From Acidobacteria bacterium RIFCSPLOWO2_12_FULL_54_10 (GTDB lineage Bacteria > Acidobacteriota > Terriglobia > 2-12-FULL-54-10): a DNA stretch of 54,608 nucleotides. Numbering within the stretch: the first letter of the stretch is position 1; each line of letters begins with the position of its first letter. The notes under the pieces are model-generated. The model searched no databases, was not told the DNA's origin, and worked only from the letters and a program-made list of their open reading frames with translations. The DNA lies in the NCBI GenBank assembly GCA_001767075.1, contig MEKX01000019.1, positions 3,335-57,942 on the forward strand. Direction: 5' to 3'. The position numbers and the translations under genes are program-made. Below, piece by piece: positions 47,536 to 54,608 of the stretch.

Positions 47536-48423
47536 ATGAGAGCCAGCGCGATGACAGACTGGCTGCCAACACTCGACCCTTATTGGGAAGCGCGCCAAGC
47601 GGCTCTTGAAGCCATTAATAAAGATCGCCGGAACGCAAATTTGCCGCTTGTAGAGTGGGACCAGTTAGCTGCGCAGGTGGCAGACTACCACTGCCAAGAA
47701 ATGGCTGGGCATGGATACATTGCCCATTGGAATCTACGCGGCCTGTTGCCCCACCATCGTTATCATTTCGCCGGAGGTGGCGATCATATCGCGGAAAACA
47801 GTTCCCGTCTGACGGTGATTTCGTCCAATCCATTCCCAATTTCCGCAGAGCCCAAGCAGATTCGCAATTATCTTATTCAAGCGCATGAAGGCTTTATGGC
47901 GGAAAAGCCGCCGATTGATCTTCATCGCATAAATGTTTTAGATCCCAGTCATACACATGTCGGAATTGGATTTGCTGTTTCCGGTCGCGAATTGCGAATG
48001 TCTCAATTATTCGTTAACCGCTACGTAAAACTTGCAGCGCTTCCCAAGGAACTCCCCATAGGCGCAGTCCGCGTGGAAGGTGAAATGCTGCGAAAGGATT
48101 TCGGTCCCTACTACTGCATGTTATTTTCGGAAGGGAATCCCGTAGCGCGAACTCCACAGGAACTGAATCTAACCTATTCATACAGCGATACGGAGGGCGA
48201 GGAAGCAGGCAAGGTGCCGCCTTGGGACATGGAGTTCAGTCCACAATCTGGTCGTTTCCGTTTCTCCATTCGGATCAGGAATCGTCAACCTGGGTACTAT
48301 CATTTATTGATTTGGGTACGAAATAAGGTCCGCGAGATTCCCTACCGCTTGTATCCTGGCGTGAAAGCTGCTGCCGATACGAAAGATGCAATCCCCTGTG
48401 CTGGGTGGGTCTTCCAAGCGTGA
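47536..48423 (+). CDS. CAP (SCP) domain protein
   Basis: INKDRR..L..V.WD, HCQEMA..GYIAHW, AEN and HRINVLDPSHTHVGIG motifs. Confidence 0.8.
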   Translation: MRASAMTDWLPTLDPYWEARQAALEAINKDRRNANLPLVEWDQLAAQVADYHCQEMAGHGYIAHWNLRGLLPHHRYHFAGGGDHIAENSSRLTVISSNPFPISAEPKQIRNYLIQAHEGFMAEKPPIDLHRINVLDPSHTHVGIGFAVSGRELRMSQLFVNRYVKLAALPKELPIGAVRVEGEMLRKDFGPYYCMLFSEGNPVARTPQELNLTYSYSDTEGEEAGKVPPWDMEFSPQSGRFRFSIRIRNRQPGYYHLLIWVRNKVREIPYRLYPGVKAAADTKDAIPCAGWVFQA

Positions 48424-48463
48424 AGCCGGTAATCTAAAATTGCAGCAGCCTCTGCAACTTGCT

Positions 48464-49417
48464 TCAATTCGCTGCGTGCCGGCCAAGATTCTCTTTGTAC
48501 CACTGAACCGTACGCCGCAAGCCTTCTTCAAATGCGATTTGCGGTTCGTATGCCAGGCTTTTGCGCGCTAACTCAATGTCCGCTAACGAGTCGCGGATGT
48601 CGCCGGCTCTAGGATCTGCGTAAATCGGCTTTACTTTAGTTCCGAGAATATTCTGCAAAAAGTCCAGGACTTGATTCAGCGTGTGGCTCGCTCCCATGGC
48701 AATGTTAAAAACTTTGCCGGAAACATTCGGCGCTTCGCTTGCTAGCATACAAGCATGAACAGCATTATCGACATAAGTGAAATCCCGCGACTGCTCACCG
48801 TTGCCATAGATTGTTGGTGGCTGGCTGCGAAGTAATGACGTTATGAATCGTGATAGCACGCCCGAATACGGAGAATTTGGATCTTGGCGGGGACCAAAGA
48901 TATTGAAGTAGCGCAGGCTCACAGTTTCCAAGCCATAGACTTTGGCAAATACGCTGGCATAAAACTCTCCGGTAAGTTTATTCACCGCATAAGGCGACAA
49001 AGGATTCGGCGGCATAGATTCTAGTTTCGGCAATGTGGGCGTATCCCCGTAAGCCGATGAGGAAGCTGCGTAGATCACCCGCTTAACCTTGGCGTCACGC
49101 GAAGCAAGCAAAACATTCAGCGTTCCATCAATGTTCACCGCGTTGCTTGTTTCCGGGTCCTCCACGGAGCGAGGCACGGAGGGTATCGCGGCATGATGGA
49201 ATACATAATCTACCCCGTGGAAAATAGGTTGCAGGCGTTTCAGGTCTCGGATGTCTGCTTCGAATAGTTCAATGTTAGAAACGTCGGGCGGCAAATTATC
49301 TCTGCAACCTGTAAGGAAATTATCCACGATGCGAACGCTGTGGCCCCGCAAAACAAGTTCTCGCACCAGCGCCGAACCGATGAAACCAGCGCCTCCAGTG
49401 ACTAAGCAGATCGCCAT
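48464..49417 (-). CDS. NAD-dependent epimerase/dehydratase (WbpP/TviC-like UDP-sugar 4-epimerase)
   Basis: TGGAGFIG, SVPRS, YAVNK (YxxxK) and LRYFNIFGPRQ motifs. Confidence 0.92.
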   Translation of the reverse strand: MAICLVTGGAGFIGSALVRELVLRGHSVRIVDNFLTGCRDNLPPDVSNIELFEADIRDLKRLQPIFHGVDYVFHHAAIPSVPRSVEDPETSNAVNIDGTLNVLLASRDAKVKRVIYAASSSAYGDTPTLPKLESMPPNPLSPYAVNKLTGEFYASVFAKVYGLETVSLRYFNIFGPRQDPNSPYSGVLSRFITSLLRSQPPTIYGNGEQSRDFTYVDNAVHACMLASEAPNVSGKVFNIAMGASHTLNQVLDFLQNILGTKVKPIYADPRAGDIRDSLADIELARKSLAYEPQIAFEEGLRRTVQWYKENLGRHAAN

Positions 49418-49540
49418 GACTATTTGTTTTCACCTTTGTGATTTGCTAAATAATCCCATCAATTAGTTTGTAATAATGTATTCTAGTTCGGAAAAAGCCT
49501 GTTTTTTGCGCGATAAAAATGTTTCTGCTATCATCCAGCC

Positions 49541-52500
49541 ATGCCTGGAAATCAGTTCGTTCATTTGCATTTGCACACCGACTACAGCTTGCTCGACGGC
49601 GCTTGCCAAATCCCGGCCTTGGTCGAACAAACTATAGCCTATGGAATGCCGGCGGTTGCCGTCACAGATCACGGGAACCTTTTTGCTGCGGCGGAATTTT
49701 ACAAAACCGCCAAAGCGCGCGACATTAAACCGATCATCGGCTGCGAGGTTTATGTTTCCCAAAAAGGCCGCCACACGCGCAGCGAATCGGATCATTATAA
49801 CCATTTAATTCTCCTGTGCGCGAATGCCGAAGGATACAGCAATCTCGTCAAATTGGTTACGGCAGGATACTTGGAGGGTTTTTACTACAAGCCGCGCATC
49901 GACAAGGAACTTTTGGCCCAACATGCCAAAGGACTGATCGCCCTGTCCGCTTGCCTACGGGGGGAAGTAGCGGAAGCGCTTCTTGCCGACAACGGACACG
50001 AAGCCTTGCGCGTAGCTGGGCAGATGCAAGACATTCTCGGAAAAGAGAATTTCTATCTGGAAGTTCAGGACCAAGGGCTGGAACAGGAAAAACGCATCAA
50101 TCCGAATCTGGTCTCCCTATCGCGTCAGTCGGGCATTCCTCTTGTTGCCACCAACGATTGCCATTATTTACGCCAGGATGACGCCAAAGCGCACGATACT
50201 TTGTTGTGCATTCAGACGGGCCGCACCATAAGCGATGAAAAACGTATGAGGTTTTCTACGAACCAGTTCTATATGAAATCCTGCGAAGAAATGATGCAAG
50301 TATTTTCCGAAATCCCGGAAGCCGTGATCAGAACAATGGAAGTCGCCGATCGGTGCAATTTGAAGCTAGAAAAAATGACTGATCCCTTCCCCGCTTTTGG
50401 AGTGCCCGCTGGTGAGACGATCGACAGTTATTTTGAAAAAATCTGCCGCCAGGGATTCGCAGGACGCCGCCATAAACTCGCAGAGTTGGAGAGAACCGGG
50501 CGACTCCGCCGAAACCTCGGCGAATACGAAGAGCGGCTGGACCTGGAAATTCGCATGATCCAGCAGATGAAATTCCCTGGTTATTTTTTAATTGTCTGGG
50601 ATTTCGTGCGTTTCGCCAAGGAGGAGCGTATCCCCGTAGGACCGGGGCGTGGGTCTGCTGCGGGAAGCCTGGTTTCCTACTCGCTGGGAATTACGGATAT
50701 TGACCCTTTGCAACACAATTTACTTTTTGAGCGATTCCTAAATCCTGAACGTATTTCACTGCCTGATATCGATATAGATTTTTGCATGAACCGTCGCCAG
50801 GAAGTGATCGATTACGTCACAAGAAAGTACGGCAGGGAGAACGTAGCGCAGATTATTACTTTTGGAACTATGGCCGCGAAAGCTGCAATCAAGGATGTAG
50901 CCAGGGCCATGGAAGTTCCCTACGGCGAAGCAGACCGAATCGCTAAATTAGTTCCGAACCAGTTGAATATCACCCTGGAACAAGCATTACAACAATCTCC
51001 GCAGCTCGCAACTCTAATTGAGCAAGATGCTAAAGTGAAGGAGCTGATGGAAGTCGCACAACGACTGGAAGGCATGGTCCGTCATGCTTCGACCCATGCA
51101 GCAGGAGTTGTGATCTCTCCGAAGCCGCTCTCCGAAATCGTTCCGCTTTATAAGACGAACAAAGATGAAATCGTCACGCAATACGACATGAACGGTTTGG
51201 AAGCCGTGGGCTTGCTGAAGATGGATTTCCTCGGTTTAACCACCCTAACCGTAATTGACGATGCGGTGAAGTTGATCGAAGCCTCACGAGGAGTACACCT
51301 GGACCTGGATGAGATACCTTACGACGACCCGGCTACGTACGGAATATTTTCCAAAGGATTGACGAGTGGAGTATTCCAGTTCGAATCCAGCGGCATGCGC
51401 GATATCCTGCGTCGTTACCAACCGACGCAGCTCGAAGATCTGACGGCACTGAACGCGCTTTACAGGCCAGGGCCGTTGCAAGGCGGAATGATCGACGACT
51501 TTATAGCGCGCAAACATGGGCAAAAACCAATTGTTTACGATTTACCAGAGCTTGAAGAGATACTCTCTGAAACCTACGGCGTAATCGTTTACCAAGAACA
51601 GGTCATGCAGATCGCAAACCGCCTTGCTGGATTCTCGTTAGGCCAGGCGGACCTGCTTCGAAGAGCGATGGGAAAGAAGAAGCCGCAGGAGATGGCTGCT
51701 CAAAGAGAGAAATTCATCGAGGGTGCCGACACGCGCGGCTATCCCAAGAAGAAGATCGTCCGCATATTCGACTTGATGGAGCAATTTGCCGGTTACGGTT
51801 TTAATAAATCTCATTCGGCAGCATATGCCGTTCTTGCTTATATTACGGCATACTTGAAAGCCCACTACCCTGTTGAGTTCATGGCATCCTTGCTAACCAA
51901 CGAAATGGGCAATACGGATAAAGTTGTGCAGTACATCAACGAATGCAGGGAAATGGGAATCCAGTTGCTGCCTCCGGATATACAGACCGGCTTCTGGTAT
52001 TTTACGCCGGCCGAAAATGCAATCCGTTTCGGACTCGGCGCAATTAAAAATGTGGGCCGCAACACAGTGGAAGGCATCATTGCAGCCCGCGCAAGTTCTG
52101 GAAGATTTACTTCGTTATATGATTTCTGCGAGCGCGTTGACCCACGGCTCATCAACAAAAGAGTCATGGAAAGCTTGATCCAAGGCGGCGCGATGGATTG
52201 CTGGGGTTTCAACCGCGCCCAATTGTTTGCAGCGATCGACCGGGCGATGGAATCCGGACAAACGCAACAACGTTCGCGAGATTCCGGCCAGCACGCATTA
52301 TTCGGTGTTTCATCGCAAGATTCATCCGCACCAGAACTGCCTGCTGCTGCGGATTGGGACGAACATCACTTGCTAGCCGCTGAAAAAGAGGTGCTGGGAT
52401 TTTATATCAGTGGTCATCCGTTGCGGAAGTACGAGTCGAAACTTCGGGATTTGGGAATCACCGAAACCATTAAGCTCCAAGAGATGATTTCCCAAACGGA

Positions 52501-52990
52501 AGTCACCGCTGCCGGAATCCTGGTCGGCATTAAGACAGCCCGTAGCAAGAGAGGGGAACTTTGGGCAACCGCCGTGCTCGAAGACCTGAAGGGATTGGTT
52601 GAACTGCTGGTCTTCCCGGAATCCTATCGGCGGCTGAATGATCTGCTGCAACTGGACAAGATAGTCTTTGTCCGCGGGCGTCTGCAGGCCGAAGAGAATG
52701 CTCCCGTCCGTATCGTGGTTTCCGACCTGCAATTGCTGGACAAGGTGGAGCCTTCCCTTCCCTCCGCGGTAGTGATCCGTGTCCGGTTAGGTGGGAAGAA
52801 TGGCCGAATCGCTGAGCGGTTACTGGAGCTTTTCAACGAAAAACCGGGCGACGCGATGGTGCGGTTGGAATTGATTCATCCGGAAAAATTCGAAGCGTTG
52901 CTGGAGCCTGACCACAGAATCCGGGCAGATGCGGAATTCGTATCCCGAGCAAGAGATATTTGCGGTAGAGACTCCGTGCGGCTAATCTAG
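49541..52990 (+). CDS. dnaE: DNA polymerase III subunit alpha
   Basis: PHP domain HLHTDYSLLDG; GRGSAAGS, PDIDIDF, LLKMDFLG and YGFNKSH; OB fold; no intein. Confidence 0.97.
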   Translation: MPGNQFVHLHLHTDYSLLDGACQIPALVEQTIAYGMPAVAVTDHGNLFAAAEFYKTAKARDIKPIIGCEVYVSQKGRHTRSESDHYNHLILLCANAEGYSNLVKLVTAGYLEGFYYKPRIDKELLAQHAKGLIALSACLRGEVAEALLADNGHEALRVAGQMQDILGKENFYLEVQDQGLEQEKRINPNLVSLSRQSGIPLVATNDCHYLRQDDAKAHDTLLCIQTGRTISDEKRMRFSTNQFYMKSCEEMMQVFSEIPEAVIRTMEVADRCNLKLEKMTDPFPAFGVPAGETIDSYFEKICRQGFAGRRHKLAELERTGRLRRNLGEYEERLDLEIRMIQQMKFPGYFLIVWDFVRFAKEERIPVGPGRGSAAGSLVSYSLGITDIDPLQHNLLFERFLNPERISLPDIDIDFCMNRRQEVIDYVTRKYGRENVAQIITFGTMAAKAAIKDVARAMEVPYGEADRIAKLVPNQLNITLEQALQQSPQLATLIEQDAKVKELMEVAQRLEGMVRHASTHAAGVVISPKPLSEIVPLYKTNKDEIVTQYDMNGLEAVGLLKMDFLGLTTLTVIDDAVKLIEASRGVHLDLDEIPYDDPATYGIFSKGLTSGVFQFESSGMRDILRRYQPTQLEDLTALNALYRPGPLQGGMIDDFIARKHGQKPIVYDLPELEEILSETYGVIVYQEQVMQIANRLAGFSLGQADLLRRAMGKKKPQEMAAQREKFIEGADTRGYPKKKIVRIFDLMEQFAGYGFNKSHSAAYAVLAYITAYLKAHYPVEFMASLLTNEMGNTDKVVQYINECREMGIQLLPPDIQTGFWYFTPAENAIRFGLGAIKNVGRNTVEGIIAARASSGRFTSLYDFCERVDPRLINKRVMESLIQGGAMDCWGFNRAQLFAAIDRAMESGQTQQRSRDSGQHALFGVSSQDSSAPELPAAADWDEHHLLAAEKEVLGFYISGHPLRKYESKLRDLGITETIKLQEMISQTEVTAAGILVGIKTARSKRGELWATAVLEDLKGLVELLVFPESYRRLNDLLQLDKIVFVRGRLQAEENAPVRIVVSDLQLLDKVEPSLPSAVVIRVRLGGKNGRIAERLLELFNEKPGDAMVRLELIHPEKFEALLEPDHRIRADAEFVSRARDICGRDSVRLI

Positions 52991-53059
52991 TATGGTTGGA
53001 TTATATGAATAGCGTGCTGTTAATCATTAGCAATACACGATAGTACTTGGATAATAACC

Positions 53060-54025
53060 ATGGCATTTAATGCAGATAAAGCGCGCCGCGAATTAGAAAA
53101 AATATTGCGTGAGATCGATGCCCTCGGTAAATCTCATCCTGGCTCGGCAACAGAAAAACAGATTGGAAAATTGTCCGGGCAGATTCATCAACTCAAGTCT
53201 GAACTCACTGCGCACGTCACTCCATGGCAGCGAGTGCAATTGGCCCGGCATCCCCAGCGCCCCCACACCTTAGACTACGTGCAAATCCTGTTTCAGGACT
53301 TCACGGAAATCCATGGCGACCGCTCGTTTGGAGATGATCCAGCCATGATCGCGGGCATGGCTTGGTTCCAGGGGCAGCCTGTAACGGTGATTGGTCACCA
53401 GAAAGGTCACATCACGCAGCAAAAACTAGAACGCAATTTCGGAATGCCCAAGCCGGAAGGCTATCGGAAAGCGTTGCGTGTTATGCAAATGGGAGCCAAG
53501 TTCCATCGACCCGTAATCAGCTTCGTGGATACACCCGGCGCTTATCCTGGCATTGACTCCGAAGAACGGGGACAGGCGGAAGCAATTGCTCGCAATCTGC
53601 GTGAAATGGCGCGCCTTCCCGTACCTATCGTGGTGGTTGTCACCGGAGAGGGTGGTAGCGGAGGAGCATTGGCTATCGCAGTCGGCGATAGGATACTGAT
53701 GCTGGAAAACTCTGTTTATAGCGTTATTTCGCCAGAAGGCTGCGCTTCAATCACATGGCGGGATAGCACCAAAGCGGAACTTGCGGCAGACGCCTTAAAA
53801 ATGACGGCAGAAGATCTGAAATCGGCGGGGATTATTGACGAAGTAATTCCAGAACCACCTGGCGGCGCACACGGTGACCATGCAGCAATGGCTCACTTGT
53901 TGGAAGTTAGCCTTAAAACTGCCCTGCAAGAATTACAGCAGCTCCCTGCCGAAGAGATGCTGGAGATGCGCTACCAAAAATTCCGCCGTATGGGACAGTT
54001 CATTCAGGAAAATCCCTCTGCTTAG
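53060..54025 (+). CDS. accA: Acetyl-CoA carboxylase carboxyltransferase subunit alpha
   Basis: ARHPQRP, DTPGAYPG, GEGGSGGAL and VISPEGCA motifs; follows dnaE as is common. Confidence 0.96.
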   Translation: MAFNADKARRELEKILREIDALGKSHPGSATEKQIGKLSGQIHQLKSELTAHVTPWQRVQLARHPQRPHTLDYVQILFQDFTEIHGDRSFGDDPAMIAGMAWFQGQPVTVIGHQKGHITQQKLERNFGMPKPEGYRKALRVMQMGAKFHRPVISFVDTPGAYPGIDSEERGQAEAIARNLREMARLPVPIVVVVTGEGGSGGALAIAVGDRILMLENSVYSVISPEGCASITWRDSTKAELAADALKMTAEDLKSAGIIDEVIPEPPGGAHGDHAAMAHLLEVSLKTALQELQQLPAEEMLEMRYQKFRRMGQFIQENPSA

Positions 54026-54127
54026 TTTCGGCAGGATTGTGCGCGCGATGGGATGATCCAGCACTTTGTTCGCGGGCGATCAACTCGCCGTTTTTTCACC
54101 CATCCTGCGAGGAGATTTTTCCTGACA

Positions 54128-54608
54128 GTGATCTCCATCATCATCCCTACCCTTAATGAAGAGACTTCGATTCGAAAAACGCTTGAGTCTCTGATGCGCA
54201 CGGACGGAAGATTTGAAATTCTTGTAACAGACGGCAAGAGCGATGATTCGACAAAAGCGATAGCATCCAAGTTTTGCCGCGTTGTTACTTCTCCGCGAGG
54301 GCGTGGTTTGCAAATGAACTGCGGGGCCTCTGTAGCCCGAGGTGATGTCCTTCTTTTCCTGCACGCTGACACGGTGTTTCCACCGAATGGCATCCGTGCA
54401 ATTGAACGGATCATGGAGAATCCACTAATCATTGGGGGCAACTTTGACATCCACTATGAGGGCGGCAAGTTCTCAAGCCACGTCTTTACTTTGATCAATC
54501 GCTGGCGGCGGCGCTTCGGAATTTTCTATGGCGATTCAGGAATCTTTGTGCGCCGGGAGGTTTTTGATCGTCTCGGCGGATTCCAACCATTGCCGCTGAT
54601 GGAGGATT
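54128..54608 (+). CDS. Family 2 glycosyltransferase, TIGR04283-like (partial, runs off the right edge)
   Basis: Translated by hand from GTG 54128: ISIIIPTLNEE..DGKSDDST..RGRGLQMNCGA..LLFLHADT..YGDSGIFV..GGFQPLPLMED. Confidence 0.88.
   Translation, partial: MISIIIPTLNEETSIRKTLESLMRTDGRFEILVTDGKSDDSTKAIASKFCRVVTSPRGRGLQMNCGASVARGDVLLFLHADTVFPPNGIRAIERIMENPLIIGGNFDIHYEGGKFSSHVFTLINRWRRRFGIFYGDSGIFVRREVFDRLGGFQPLPLMED

Noticed and set aside
1-54608. CRISPR array, transposase, prophage or defence system
   Set aside because: No regularly spaced repeats were seen, and no ORF has such motifs.

Overview
A 54.6 kb stretch of core chromosome, most likely from an Acidobacteriota (Terriglobia-like) genome. 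This call is inferred from the TIGR03437-type C-terminal domain, the Oar-like TonB receptor and the secretin-cohesin fusion. The left end holds a partial complex I cluster (nuoC-D-H-J-K-L-M-N, with no A/B/E/F/G/I), a B12-binding mutase subunit, a secreted amidohydrolase, ilvD, a YyaL-like protein, a truncated amino-acid permease, and a TonB receptor paired with a Spy-like protein. The middle holds an envelope/proteolysis run (S41 protease, TPR protein, Skp, a TIMP/NTR-like protein and a matrixin-TIGR03437 fusion), DegT, a mycobacterial-type MTHFR, a secretin with two pseudopilins, and oppABCDF. The right end holds smpB, a fused trkA, moxR, tRNA-Val(CAC), a class A PBP, proS, yjbQ, a CAP protein, an epimerase, dnaE, accA and a partial GT2. 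No transposase, integrase, prophage or CRISPR array was seen. The best leads are: (1) an unannotated 48-aa Arg-rich ORF with its own promoter and RBS and a Cle-like YxGxDRR motif, a candidate natural c-di-GMP sponge; (2) a TIMP-like gene paired with an MMP-like protease that has no prodomain; (3) a nuo operon lacking every Fe-S subunit; (4) a cohesin-capped secretin. All family calls come from motif recognition by eye; no searches were run.
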